DNA of 64,000 nucleotides from an uncultured Rhodospirillaceae bacterium (GTDB lineage: Bacteria; Pseudomonadota; Alphaproteobacteria; Rhodospirillales; UBA2165). Under the pieces are notes generated by a model. That model was not told where the DNA came from. It saw only the letters and a list, made by a program, of their open reading frames with translations, and searched no databases. Location: NCBI GenBank assembly GCA_964574215.1, contig CAZNLR010000020.1:2466-66465 (forward strand). Direction: 5' to 3'. Position numbers and translations under genes: made by a program. Positions 1 through 10,087 of this stretch are shown here, one piece after another. Numbering within the stretch: position 1 is the stretch's first letter; each line of letters opens with the position of its first letter.

Positions 1-1461
1 CGCGTCTATATCAAGCAAGGAGCCAAGAAAGACGGTACCATCACTTTCCGCGACGTTAATGTCTACCTCAACAATGGTGGTTATACGTCCTGGGGCGCCA
101 CTATTCCGGCGGTGATGATGCGGACCATGACCGGTCACTACCGGGTGCCCAACGTGGAGTTCCACTCCAAGGCCGTCTATACCAATAACCCGTTCGCCGG
201 ATCGTTCCGGGGGTACGGCAACGTACAGGCGACCTATGTGACGGCGACCCTGATGGATAAAATGGCCGAGGAATTGGGCATGAATCCGATTGAGTTCCGG
301 CTGAAAAACGCTCAGAAACCGGGCGAAAGAACGCCGCAGAACAGCCTGTTGAAAAACGCCGCCTTGGGTGAGGCGATTGAAATTGCCGCCGAGAAGACGG
401 ACTTCCTCAAAAAGCATGCGGAATACACCAAAGCCCGCGCCGGCAGTGACCGGATTAAGCAGGGAATTGGTATCGCCACCTCCGTCCACAATGCGGGCGG
501 CGCCAAGATTCACAAAAGTGACGGCTGCGGCACCATCCTGACCATGGACGATTATGGCAAAGCGACGGTAATCACCGGCGCCTCCGAGATCGGACAGGGC
601 ATTGACGCTGTTGTCAGCCAAATCGTTGGTGAAACGCTGGGTATTCCAACGACAGACGTCATCCTCGCCAATAATGATTCAGCTATTGGGCCGTGGGACG
701 TTGGCGTCCATGCCAGCCGGACCACATTTATCGCCGGCAATGCGGCGCGCAATGCGGCCATCAAGGCCAAGGATCAAATCCTCAATGCCGCTGCCAGACA
801 ATCCAATGTCAAAGCCGAGGAGCTTGATCTGCGCGGTGGTCATGTCGTTCAGAAAGACAATGGCGTATCCGTCATAAAACTGGACAAGCTGCTCAGGAGC
901 ATGCACTTCGCCGGTGAAGAAGCCGAACTGGTTATGGTCAGCGAATATTTCGAACCGGAAAGTGAATTGGAGGACAAAAACCATGTTGGTGATATCTCGT
1001 CCGCTTACTCTCACGGCGCCTACGTGGCCGAACTGGAAGTGGATACCTGGACCGGCGGCGTGACCGTGCACAAAATCACGGCTGTTCAGGATGTCGGTAA
1101 GGTGGTCAACGAACTGGGTATCGAAGGCCAGATGGAAGGCGGCATCGCCATGGGCATCGGCTACGGTCTCAGCGAGGATTTGATTATCGAGGAAGGGATC
1201 GTCAAGAACCCCAACTTCCGCGATTACAAAGTTGTAACTGCGCCCGAAATGCCGGAAATCGAATGCCACTTTATCGAAGATGATGAACCGACCGGGCCTT
1301 TCGGCGCCAAGGGGATCTCCGAACTGCCCACCATTATTCCGGCGGCGGCCATCGCCAACGCGGTTTACAACGCGACCGGCGTTCGCTTCGACAATCCGCC
1401 CATTACGCCTGAAAAGATCGTCCGTGCCCTACACGGCGATAAGGCCGACGCGGCCGAATAA
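1..1461 (+). CDS. Xanthine dehydrogenase/aldehyde oxidase-family molybdopterin-binding subunit, C-terminal part (5' end cut by window edge)
   Basis: Frame 1 is open from nt 1 ([16 protein letters not shown]...), so the listed ORF at 112 is only the first in-frame Met. The C-terminal region (...[19 protein letters not shown]..., ...[14 protein letters not shown]...) is typical of Moco hydroxylase large subunits. Confidence 0.85.
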   Translation, partial: RVYIKQGAKKDGTITFRDVNVYLNNGGYTSWGATIPAVMMRTMTGHYRVPNVEFHSKAVYTNNPFAGSFRGYGNVQATYVTATLMDKMAEELGMNPIEFRLKNAQKPGERTPQNSLLKNAALGEAIEIAAEKTDFLKKHAEYTKARAGSDRIKQGIGIATSVHNAGGAKIHKSDGCGTILTMDDYGKATVITGASEIGQGIDAVVSQIVGETLGIPTTDVILANNDSAIGPWDVGVHASRTTFIAGNAARNAAIKAKDQILNAAARQSNVKAEELDLRGGHVVQKDNGVSVIKLDKLLRSMHFAGEEAELVMVSEYFEPESELEDKNHVGDISSAYSHGAYVAELEVDTWTGGVTVHKITAVQDVGKVVNELGIEGQMEGGIAMGIGYGLSEDLIIEEGIVKNPNFRDYKVVTAPEMPEIECHFIEDDEPTGPFGAKGISELPTIIPAAAIANAVYNATGVRFDNPPITPEKIVRALHGDKADAAE

Positions 1462-1490
1462 CATCAGGTGAAATTGGTGGGGGAAAAAAT

Positions 1491-2684
1491 ATGAAGCAAC
1501 GCACTGTCATTTCCATGGAACAGGCCCTGTCCATGCCCTACGCGACCTTGCGGTTCGCCCAACTGGGCTGGCGGGTGATCAGGATCGAAGCGGTTACGTC
1601 GGGCAAGGGTTTGCCCGGCGATCCCAATCGCTATATCGGTGCCGAAGTGGTGGATACCGATCGCCGCACCTACTTCATCGCGCCCAATGTAGGCAAAGAG
1701 GCCATCGCCCTGAACCTCAAGGAAAAAGAGGGGCAGGAGGCGCTTCACCGGATTATCAAGGAATTGGACGCAGATGTCTTCTGCTGCAACACGGTGCCCG
1801 GCCGTTATGAATCTTTGGGTATCGACTATGAAACTCTCAGCAAAGTGAAGCCGGACCTGATCTGGGCGGGTATTTCCGCCATGGGACCTGAATTCCCCAA
1901 TGTGCCGGGTTACGATCCGGTGATCCAGGCCATGGCCGGCTATATGGAAACGACGGGTTTTATTGATGGCCCGCCCATGCTGGCCGGAATTCCTATCATC
2001 GATTTAAAAGCCGGAGATGAAGTGTTTGCGGGCGTCTGCCTTGCCTTGGCGGAGAAAGCAGAGAGTGGCGAAGGCAAACGGATCGACGTTTCCATGTATC
2101 AGGCGGCTTGTTCCTGGCTGATCACCACCTTGCCGCTGATCGATTTCGATTGCGATTATTCCGAAATCACCCGCTGCGGCAACGAGCATCGAAAATTTGT
2201 GCCCACCAATGCGTACCCAACCAAAGACGGTTTCATTTTCACGGCTATCGGCAGCGACGTGCAATGGCAGCGTTTTGTCGCCAATCCCCGCTATGCATCG
2301 GTCGATAGCGAATTGCGCCACACCAACCAAGGCCGGGTCAAGGATCGGGTGGCGTTGTTCGAAGATATCAGCGCGGTGACCAAGCAATATACCTCTGCCG
2401 AAATTGCCGCCGATATGGCAGCGGCCACCATTCCTCATGGGCCGATCAATACCATCCCACAGGTGCGGGAATCTGCCGGCATCAAAGAAAAGCTGACCCG
2501 GACCAAAACACCTGACGGCAAGACTGTTCATATGCAGCCGATGGCCGTTGATCAACCGGGTGCGATCGATGAATTATCCTTCCCCGCCAAATACGGGGAA
2601 AACACCGGCGACGTGCTTGCAGAAGCCGGATATTCAACAGATAACATTAATCAATTACGCGATGCGGGGATTATTCCTGCCTAA
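1491..2684 (+). CDS. Family III CoA-transferase (CaiB/BaiF-like)
   Basis: 397 aa. The N-terminal pattern ([14 protein letters not shown]...GDPNRY) and the length fit the CaiB/BaiF family. A GGGGGA Shine-Dalgarno lies upstream. Confidence 0.85.
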   Translation: MKQRTVISMEQALSMPYATLRFAQLGWRVIRIEAVTSGKGLPGDPNRYIGAEVVDTDRRTYFIAPNVGKEAIALNLKEKEGQEALHRIIKELDADVFCCNTVPGRYESLGIDYETLSKVKPDLIWAGISAMGPEFPNVPGYDPVIQAMAGYMETTGFIDGPPMLAGIPIIDLKAGDEVFAGVCLALAEKAESGEGKRIDVSMYQAACSWLITTLPLIDFDCDYSEITRCGNEHRKFVPTNAYPTKDGFIFTAIGSDVQWQRFVANPRYASVDSELRHTNQGRVKDRVALFEDISAVTKQYTSAEIAADMAAATIPHGPINTIPQVRESAGIKEKLTRTKTPDGKTVHMQPMAVDQPGAIDELSFPAKYGENTGDVLAEAGYSTDNINQLRDAGIIPA

Positions 2685-2733
2685 TTCTCAACCATAAAAA
2701 GCAAACCCACAAAAGACAGATAAGGATGTACTG

Positions 2734-3564
2734 ATGAGCAATAAACTAGAAGGTAAAGTAGCCTATATTACTGGCGCGGGCCGCGGCATCGGCCAGTGTA
2801 TCGCCCTTAAAATGGCCAGCGAAGGCGCCAATGTCGTTATCAACGACTTGACCGAGGAACCCGCTCAGGACACGGCGGAAAAAGTTCAGGCCATGGGCCG
2901 CGAAGCGGAAATCGTCGTTGGCGATGTCACCGCTGCGGATTTTGGCGATCGTTTTATTCAGACTGGTGTCGACCGCTTCAATGCCGTCGATATTGTCGTC
3001 AACAATGCCGGCTATCCCTGGGACGGCGTCATCCAGAAATATACCGACGAACAGTTCGACGCCATGATGGATGTGCACGTCAAAGCGCCCTTTAGAATTT
3101 TAAAGGCGGCATCCAATTTTATCCGGCCTGCGGCCAAGGCGGAAAAAGAATCCGGTGACATCGTTTACCGCAAAGTGGTCAACATTTCCTCTTTTGCCGG
3201 TCTTTACGGCAATGCCGGTCAGATCGGCTATGCCTCGGCCAAATCGGCTTTGATCGGCATGACTCGTACTTTGGCCAAGGAATGGGGACGCTACAACGTC
3301 AACGTCAACTGCGTGGCGTTCGGCTACATCAAAACCCGCATGACCAAAGATTTGGGCGACGCCGAAGCCGTCGCACAGATCGGCGATAAGGAAATCACCA
3401 TGGGTGTACATCCGGACATGACCAAAGCCATTACCAGTATTATTCCTCTTGGCCGCGGTGGCGAGCCGGAAGAAGCGGCTGATGCGGTCTACCTGCTGTG
3501 TTCCCCTGAATCCAATTACATCAGCGGTCAGTATGTTATTGCTGGCGGCGGTCTGATTATTTAA
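2734..3564 (+). CDS. Short-chain dehydrogenase/reductase (FabG-like)
   Basis: TGAGRGIG cofactor motif, NNAG, and the catalytic Y-x3-K (YASAKSA). Confidence 0.9.
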   Translation: MSNKLEGKVAYITGAGRGIGQCIALKMASEGANVVINDLTEEPAQDTAEKVQAMGREAEIVVGDVTAADFGDRFIQTGVDRFNAVDIVVNNAGYPWDGVIQKYTDEQFDAMMDVHVKAPFRILKAASNFIRPAAKAEKESGDIVYRKVVNISSFAGLYGNAGQIGYASAKSALIGMTRTLAKEWGRYNVNVNCVAFGYIKTRMTKDLGDAEAVAQIGDKEITMGVHPDMTKAITSIIPLGRGGEPEEAADAVYLLCSPESNYISGQYVIAGGGLII

Positions 3565-3591
3565 CGACAGCCGCAAATCGGAGAAGATAAT

Positions 3592-4797
3592 ATGTCTATT
3601 TCAGCACAAATTCCCTACGGCGCGTACTGGAGCACCCCCAACGCCAGATGGCAGGGCTCGCTGCAGCATTTGCACGCCATGAAATTCGCGGCCCATGTGG
3701 CCAAGGACGAATTGGCCAAACGCGAAATCGATCCCACGTCATTTAACTATGGCGTGTTCGGATTGACCGTTAACCAGCACCAATCTTTCAACGGTTTGCC
3801 GTGGTTCACCAATATGCTAGGTGCGCCGGCCGTTGGCGGTCCGTTGATCAACCAGGTCTGCGCTACCGGTGTCCGTTGCCTGGAAAACGCCGTCATGGAA
3901 ATCGAAGGCGGCATGGCCGACAACGCTCTGGTCGCCACCGCCGACCGGTGTTCCAATGGCCCGCAGCTCTATTATCCGGCGCCGGGTGGACCGGGCGGCG
4001 CGGGTAAACACGAAAATCAGTTGTTGGACAATATGGGGGATGATCCGTTTGGCCATTTCTCCATGCTGCAGACAGCCGAAAATGTCGCCGCCCGCCATCA
4101 GATCACGACCGAGCAACAGCATGACGCCGTGCTTCGCCGGTCGGAGCAATATCAGGACGCTTTGGCGGATGACCGGGCTTTCCACAAACGCTTTATGAGC
4201 CTGCCTTTCGATGTGCCGTCGCCCAACTTCAAGAAAACAGTCGCCACTTTGGAAGGCGACGAAGGCGTGTTCCCGGCCGATCCGGAAAAGCTCAAGAAGT
4301 TGAAGCCAGTGCTGGAAGGTGGCACGGTGACCTTCGGCGGCCAGACCCACCCCGCCGACGGCAGCGCCTGTATCGTCGTCACCACGCCGGACAAAGCCAA
4401 GGAAATGAGCCAGGACAAAGGTATCACGGTGTATATCAGAGGCTTCGGTCAGGCTCGTGCCGAGCTCGGCTATATGCCCGAAGCGCCCCTGCCGGCGGCT
4501 CAGAGCGCGCTCGATATGGCCGGTTGGAGCTTGAATGACATTGATGCCGTCAAGACCCACAATCCGTTCATCGTCAACGATCTCTATTTCGCCAAAGAAA
4601 GCGGCTATGACGTCAATAAAATGAACAACTACGGCTGCACTCTGGTCTGGGGACACACCCAGGCCGCCATGGGCACGCGGGGGGTCATCGAATTGATCGA
4701 AGAGCTGGCCGTCCGGGGTGGCGGTAAAGGCATCTTTACCGGTTGCGCCGCCGGTGACACCGGTATGGCCGTCGCCATCGAAGTCAGCGACGCGTAA
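3592..4797 (+). CDS. Thiolase-like acetyl-CoA C-acyltransferase family protein
   Basis: 401 aa. It has a nucleophile-Cys context (NQVCATG), a C-terminal GH-containing motif (VWGHTQAAMGTRG) and a GCAAGDTGMA motif. Confidence 0.8.
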   Translation: MSISAQIPYGAYWSTPNARWQGSLQHLHAMKFAAHVAKDELAKREIDPTSFNYGVFGLTVNQHQSFNGLPWFTNMLGAPAVGGPLINQVCATGVRCLENAVMEIEGGMADNALVATADRCSNGPQLYYPAPGGPGGAGKHENQLLDNMGDDPFGHFSMLQTAENVAARHQITTEQQHDAVLRRSEQYQDALADDRAFHKRFMSLPFDVPSPNFKKTVATLEGDEGVFPADPEKLKKLKPVLEGGTVTFGGQTHPADGSACIVVTTPDKAKEMSQDKGITVYIRGFGQARAELGYMPEAPLPAAQSALDMAGWSLNDIDAVKTHNPFIVNDLYFAKESGYDVNKMNNYGCTLVWGHTQAAMGTRGVIELIEELAVRGGGKGIFTGCAAGDTGMAVAIEVSDA

Positions 4798-4810
4798 ATA
4801 CTCGTAGTTA

Positions 4811-4860
4811 AAAAAAAGCCGTTCGTCTTTGCAAAAAGGCGAACGGCTTTTCTTATTTTT
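4811..4860. terminator. Bidirectional rho-independent terminator between convergent genes
   Basis: A7 run, then a 13-bp stem (4818-4830 pairs with 4835-4847, core GCCGTTCG/CGAACGGC) with a 4-nt loop, then a T-run. It sits between the thiolase stop and the EamA stop. Confidence 0.65.
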
Positions 4861-5754
4861 CTATTCTGCTGGTTCGAGAACGGTATCGTCGCTCTTGGAC
4901 CGGCTGGCATAGATCAAGGCGCCGACCACGATGGCGACGCCCACCATCTGCCAGGGCGTAATCAGCTGTCCCAATATAATATATCCCGCACCGACCACGA
5001 CGATGGGCTCCAGGTTGGAGAAGAAGGTTGTGGCGGCGGCGCCCACCATGGAAACGGAAATAAAGAAACCGATGATGGCGGCGGCGTAGAGAATGTGGGA
5101 GGCCATGAAGCCCGCCCAGCCGGTGCCGGTCACCGGCAAATTGAACTCACCGACACTGATACAGGTGACAGCCATAACCAAGGTGGCGACCCCCGATATA
5201 TAGAACGTCCCCTGGCGTGAATCCTGCCCGCGCATGATGCGGTTCGAGAGGGTGCAGACGATGGCGAACCCCACGGCGGAGATCAGCCCGAAGACCATGC
5301 CGATCTTATCCAATTCGTTAAATTGGACAGCAAGCGCCAAAGAGAGACCGAAAAAGGCGATCAAGGCGCCGATCACCATGGTGGGCGTCAGCCTGCCCCA
5401 ACCCATAAATGCCAGGAAAAAGGCCGTCAGAATGGGGAATAGATAAAACAGCAAAATGGCGATGGAGACCGGCAAGAGTTCGATGGCCTGAAGCAGGGCG
5501 AAAGAATATACAGCCGTTACCAGGCCCAAGGCGATTCCCGACCAATTGGCCTTGCCTTGCATGAGCACGGGCTTGCCGGTGAACTTGAGCATGCAAAAGA
5601 CCAGGATGGCGGGAATGATAAAGCGCGTGGCGTTCAGAGTAAGTGGATCACTGCCGCCTTTATAAGCAACGCCCGCCAAGGTATTGGCGACGGCGAAGTT
5701 GACGGCGCTCACCAAAGCAACGACGATCCCAAGGGTCCGTTGATTTTTCAGCAC
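4861..5754 (-). CDS. DMT-superfamily transporter (EamA family)
   Basis: 297 aa with about 10 hydrophobic segments and a duplicated EamA-type architecture. Confidence 0.85.
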   Translation of the reverse strand: MLKNQRTLGIVVALVSAVNFAVANTLAGVAYKGGSDPLTLNATRFIIPAILVFCMLKFTGKPVLMQGKANWSGIALGLVTAVYSFALLQAIELLPVSIAILLFYLFPILTAFFLAFMGWGRLTPTMVIGALIAFFGLSLALAVQFNELDKIGMVFGLISAVGFAIVCTLSNRIMRGQDSRQGTFYISGVATLVMAVTCISVGEFNLPVTGTGWAGFMASHILYAAAIIGFFISVSMVGAAATTFFSNLEPIVVVGAGYIILGQLITPWQMVGVAIVVGALIYASRSKSDDTVLEPAE

Positions 5755-5868
5755 AACATTAGTCTCTCGAAGGTTGGGGCCAAAGACTATTGGTGTGGAT
5801 CATACAGGACCGGCCGGAAAAAGGCGACAATTTTAGTGATCCTTTGATCAATAAGAATTATCAGAATT

Positions 5869-6732
5869 CTAATTAACGCGGCTGGCATAGATCAGTGCAC
5901 CGACGACGATGGCGATGCCTAGCATTTGCAGCGGCAAAATTGATTGGCCGAGAAACAGGAACGCCGTGCCGACGGTCAGGACGGGTTCCATATTTGATAA
6001 CAGCGCCGTATTGGCGGCCCCGATCATGGCAATTGCTGTAAAAAATAAGACAATGGCAGCGGCAAAAAACAAGTTAGAAAGAAGCAGACCCGCCCAACCT
6101 GTTCCGGAATCCGGCAGGACTATTTCGGCGCCGATCTGGGCATAAATCAGCATTGCCACCATGGCCCCGACCATAATAAAAAAAATAGCCTGGCGCGGGT
6201 CTTGGCCATGAATCAGTCTGCCGCTGATGGTGGCGACGGTCGCCATGCCAATGGCGGCGAGTCCGGCGAATATCATGCCGAGCGAATCCAACGCCTCAAA
6301 CTCGACTCCGAGAGCCAGCGCTAAACCGGCAAAGGCAACGATGGCGCCGATGATGGTTGCCGCTGACAGGCGAGCCCAGCCGAATGTCACGATAATGAGG
6401 CCGGTCAGTATTGGAAATAGATAGAATATAAGAATGGCAATGGCCACCGGCAGCCTGGCAATAGCAATTAGCAGTGATAATGTGAGAGCGCCCTCCAGCA
6501 CCCCCAAAAATACTGCAATCCAACCCTCCCGTTTGGGAAGAAAGATCGGCTTGTTGCTTAATTTCAAAATTATAAATAAAGCGATAGCCGGCAGAAAAAA
6601 CCGCGAGATGGCCACGGTATCGGGATTGCTGCCGCCAATGTAGGCGAGCCGGGCAAGCGAATTGGCGAGGGCGTAAAAGACGGCGGCGCCCAAGGCGACC
6701 ATGATTCCCAGTTTTTGATGTGTGGATTGCAC
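5869..6732 (-). CDS. DMT-superfamily transporter (EamA family), tandem paralogue
   Basis: 287 aa and colinear with the neighbour (LGIMVALGAAVFYALANSLARLAYIGGSNP versus LGIVVALVSAVNFAVANTLAGVAYKGGSDP). Confidence 0.85.
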   Translation of the reverse strand: MQSTHQKLGIMVALGAAVFYALANSLARLAYIGGSNPDTVAISRFFLPAIALFIILKLSNKPIFLPKREGWIAVFLGVLEGALTLSLLIAIARLPVAIAILIFYLFPILTGLIIVTFGWARLSAATIIGAIVAFAGLALALGVEFEALDSLGMIFAGLAAIGMATVATISGRLIHGQDPRQAIFFIMVGAMVAMLIYAQIGAEIVLPDSGTGWAGLLLSNLFFAAAIVLFFTAIAMIGAANTALLSNMEPVLTVGTAFLFLGQSILPLQMLGIAIVVGALIYASRVN

Positions 6733-6912
6733 GTAAGAGATTTTCCAAATCTAGGTCTTTAGCGGAACCAGCCAGCCATACTAGATGTCGGTAGTCCCTT
6801 TAGCGATAATTATTTGCAAGGAACGCTGCGGTCTTTTGATCCCCTTCATAGTTGGCTACAATCATTGACCAACGGAAAGTGAGATCGACTGATTTAAAGG
6901 GAAAATCCGGCG

Positions 6913-8166
6913 ATGGATAAAATTGAAAACGATACAGATGGAAAACCAAAGGGTTGGCCCGCCAATCAGCCGGCGGATAGTTCCCAGGACTGGAGCCAGT
7001 TTGCCGAAAGCGACCGCGCGGCCGGTTTTGAAATCTCCGAAGATTTTGAGCGATTTAGTCAACACGATGACGCCTTTAACCGGGCCTGGTGGGACGAAAA
7101 GGTTATGTCACCCGATGTAGCCAAGTTCTATGGCCAGCATTTACAACCCGATTTTCGAAAAGGAGACGGCTTTACTCAATGGGATTTCGCCGTCGTCAAT
7201 TCGGCTTGGGCGATCGCCCGGGAGATCGCCAACAACGGTCACCAGCATGGCGTTCGGGAAGGTTTCCTTGATCACTTCAGGACTTTCCTACCCAAGGTGG
7301 AGACACAGGCGGAGTTGCCGTCACCCGAGGAAACCACCGCCCGCGTCAAGCAGATGGCGAAATTCCTAGGCGCCGACCTGGTGGGGATCACGGCATTCGA
7401 TGAACGATGGGTCTATACCCACTGCAGTGATATCAATTCCAAAACCAGAGACGAGAAACCCAATCCGCTGCTCAACAATTTCACCAGTGTCATCGTGCTG
7501 GGGCACGGCATGGATTACGGATTGGTGAAGACCTATCCGTCAGCGACAGCAGCCGGTGCGACAGGGCGTGAATATTCGCGGGAAGCCGCCATTGTGAAAT
7601 CGTTAGCGGGATTTTTGCATGTACTTGGCTACGATGCCGTCGGGTCGTCAAATGACACCGCGTTGACCATCCCGTATGCCATTAAGGCGGGGCTGGGCGA
7701 ATACGGCCGCAATCAAATGGTCATTACCGAGGAGTTTGGGCCACGGGTCAGGTTTTCCAAAGTCTTCACCAATCTGCCGCTGTTGCACGACAAACCCAAG
7801 AAAACCGGCGTACGCGAGTTTTGTGATATTTGCACCAAATGCGCCGACAATTGCCCGCCGAAAGCCTTGCCTTTTGGGCCTCCTCAGGAAGTGGGTCCGA
7901 ACCGTTCCAACATAAAAGGCGTCAAAAAATGGGCGGCGGATTGCGAAAAATGTTTCGGCTATTGGACAAAAATTAAGGTCGATTGCGCCATCTGTATGCG
8001 GGTTTGTCCGTTCAACAAGGACTATTCGGACTGGCGTATGCGGTTGATGCGGCGATTGATGAAGTCCTCGCTGCGCCACCTGATGCTTTGGCTCGACAAT
8101 AAGTTGGCGTTCGAAAAGCGCGTTCCGCCCAACGAATGGTGGCGAAGTTCAATGAACGGCGGCTAG
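6913..8166 (+). CDS. Reductive dehalogenase-family (RdhA-like) iron-sulfur protein, no signal peptide
   Basis: Two ferredoxin-type cluster motifs: CDICTKCADNCP (C-x2-C-x2-C-x3-CP) and CEKC...CAICMRVCPFN. The N-terminal FEISEDFERFSQHDDAFNRAWW segment resembles the RdhA N-terminal region. There is no twin-arginine motif. Confidence 0.7.
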   Translation: MDKIENDTDGKPKGWPANQPADSSQDWSQFAESDRAAGFEISEDFERFSQHDDAFNRAWWDEKVMSPDVAKFYGQHLQPDFRKGDGFTQWDFAVVNSAWAIAREIANNGHQHGVREGFLDHFRTFLPKVETQAELPSPEETTARVKQMAKFLGADLVGITAFDERWVYTHCSDINSKTRDEKPNPLLNNFTSVIVLGHGMDYGLVKTYPSATAAGATGREYSREAAIVKSLAGFLHVLGYDAVGSSNDTALTIPYAIKAGLGEYGRNQMVITEEFGPRVRFSKVFTNLPLLHDKPKKTGVREFCDICTKCADNCPPKALPFGPPQEVGPNRSNIKGVKKWAADCEKCFGYWTKIKVDCAICMRVCPFNKDYSDWRMRLMRRLMKSSLRHLMLWLDNKLAFEKRVPPNEWWRSSMNGG

Positions 8167-8184
8167 CTCCTCAGTCTTAGCATC

Positions 8185-9447
8185 TTGAAAATGGACATTG
8201 ACCCGAAAAAATTTCTGCTTGACTTGTTTAACGAGGCTGTTTCGTCCGTGCAGCCTCAGAAGTGCCTGCCCATGTATTTGCCCAAACCTCCGAAGGGCCG
8301 GACCATAGTTATCGGCGCGGGCAAGGCTTCAGCCGGGATGGCGGCGGAACTGGAAAAGCAATGGAGTAAAGGGAAGTACGGCGATTTAAGCGGCCTGGTG
8401 ATTACCCGATACGGCCATTCGGCTGAATGCCGGAACATTGAAATCGTTGAGGCGGCCCATCCCATTCCGGACCAGGCGGGTATGGACGCGACCCAGAGAA
8501 TTCTCGACATGGTCAGCGGCCTCAGCAGCGACGATCTGGTCGTCTGTCTATTGTCGGGTGGCGGCTCGTCTCTCCTATCCTTGCCGGCGTTGGGATTGAG
8601 TCTGGAAGACAAGCAGGTGATCGGCCGGGAATTGCTGAAGTCCGGCGCGGCTATATCGGAAATCAATACGGTGCGTAAACATCTGTCGGCGGTGAAGGGT
8701 GGGCTTCTCGCCAAAGCCTGTGTACCGGCAAGGTTGTGCACCTTGGCAATTTCGGATGTTGTCAGGAACAGCCCGACAAATATCGCTTCAGGTCCGACAG
8801 TTCCCGATCCCTCGACCTTTGCCGATGCCAGGGCGGTGGTGGGCAAATACGGATTGAATGTTACTAAGAATATTGATTTTCACCTGGCCGAAGGCGCCTG
8901 TGAAACTTTAAAGCAGGGCGATCCGGCGTTTATGAGATCCTCATTGGATATTGTCGCCACTGGGCGCCAGGCTTTGGAGGCGGCTTCCATCTTGGCGAGA
9001 AAAGCCGGCATCGACCCGATCATAATGAACGATTCCATGGAAGGTGAATCGAAAAAAATGGGTAAGTTTATGGCCGACATCACCAAGGAACAGGGGGAGG
9101 GACCATTTGTTCTGTTGTCCGGCGGGGAAACAACCGTCAACGTCACCGGGCAGGGGCGGGGCGGCCCAAACAGCGAATTTATGTTGAGCTTTGCCATCAA
9201 TCTCACCGAACCGGACAACGTCTATGCCATCGCCTGCGATACGGACGGAGTCGATGGCACGGAGGACAATGCCGGGGCTATGGTGTTGCCGGATACGATA
9301 ACGCGCGCGGAAGCCCATGGAATTGACCCCAGGGCGATGCTGGCCGACAACGACGCCTACGGATTTTTCCAAGCGGTCGACGGTCTGGTCGTCACCGGCC
9401 CCACCCAAACCAATGTCAGCGATTTTCGCGCGGTTTTGGTTCTCTAA
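8185..9447 (+). CDS. Glycerate 2-kinase / hydroxypyruvate reductase family (DUF4147 + MOFRL domains, TtuD-like)
   Basis: IGAGKASAGMA, LLSGGGSSL and LLSGGETTV...GRGGPNSEF motifs. The ORF-track start at 8185 is TTG; an ATG at 8191 is an equally plausible start. Confidence 0.8.
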   Translation: MKMDIDPKKFLLDLFNEAVSSVQPQKCLPMYLPKPPKGRTIVIGAGKASAGMAAELEKQWSKGKYGDLSGLVITRYGHSAECRNIEIVEAAHPIPDQAGMDATQRILDMVSGLSSDDLVVCLLSGGGSSLLSLPALGLSLEDKQVIGRELLKSGAAISEINTVRKHLSAVKGGLLAKACVPARLCTLAISDVVRNSPTNIASGPTVPDPSTFADARAVVGKYGLNVTKNIDFHLAEGACETLKQGDPAFMRSSLDIVATGRQALEAASILARKAGIDPIIMNDSMEGESKKMGKFMADITKEQGEGPFVLLSGGETTVNVTGQGRGGPNSEFMLSFAINLTEPDNVYAIACDTDGVDGTEDNAGAMVLPDTITRAEAHGIDPRAMLADNDAYGFFQAVDGLVVTGPTQTNVSDFRAVLVL

Positions 9448-9517
9448 ATTTATAGAAGCCTTAACGGGTTGCTGTTAGACTTTATTCAGACAAGCTAACT
9501 GCAGAGAGGAAATCGAT

Positions 9518-10084
9518 ATGACGACTCTCGTTGTCATCGGCGTCGTTCTCGTCGGTCTTTATCTTTGGTATGCAAGCATTATCGGCAAAAGAAACAAGGC
9601 CCTTGAGGCCCTTTCCGGCATCGACGTTCAGCTGAAAAAAAGATCGAACCTGATCCCCAATATTCTGACTATCGCCAAAAAGTTTCTGGAGCACGAAAAA
9701 ACCCTTCTGACCGACATCACCGAGCTGCGCTCAAGAGCCGATCAGGACTATGATCCCAAAGACGCCGGAGCGGTTAAGGATCATTTGGGACTGGCCGGCC
9801 AATTGGCCGGGAAAATGGGTCAGCTGATGATCACGGTAGAGGATTATCCCGACCTGAAATCCGACCAGACGATGATTCAGGCGCAGCAGAGCTACAATGA
9901 AGTAGAAGCCCAGATCGCCGCGGCAAGACGTTTTTACAATTCATCGGTGACGGCGCTGAATAACGCCGTTCAGATTTTTCCCGGAAATTTGATCGCACAA
10001 TTTGCGGGTGTCGTTTCCATGCCGTTTTATGAGGCTGATGAAACAGCGAGGGAACCCGTAAACGCCTCGGAATTTCTCGATTAG
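9518..10084 (+). CDS. lemA: LemA family protein
   Basis: An N-terminal TM helix followed by the conserved LemA core (...RSNLIPNIL..., ...YPDLKSDQ..., ...RRFYN..., ...FPGNLIA..). Confidence 0.9.
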   Translation: MTTLVVIGVVLVGLYLWYASIIGKRNKALEALSGIDVQLKKRSNLIPNILTIAKKFLEHEKTLLTDITELRSRADQDYDPKDAGAVKDHLGLAGQLAGKMGQLMITVEDYPDLKSDQTMIQAQQSYNEVEAQIAAARRFYNSSVTALNNAVQIFPGNLIAQFAGVVSMPFYEADETAREPVNASEFLD

Positions 10085-10087
10085 ATA

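Noticed and set aside
3817-4656. 279-aa minus-strand ORF, plus other ORFs inside the thiolase-like gene
   Set aside because: It is antisense to a gene with clear family motifs. The translation is Arg/Gly/His-rich with no recognisable motif. This is the typical shadow ORF produced by GC-rich third codon positions.
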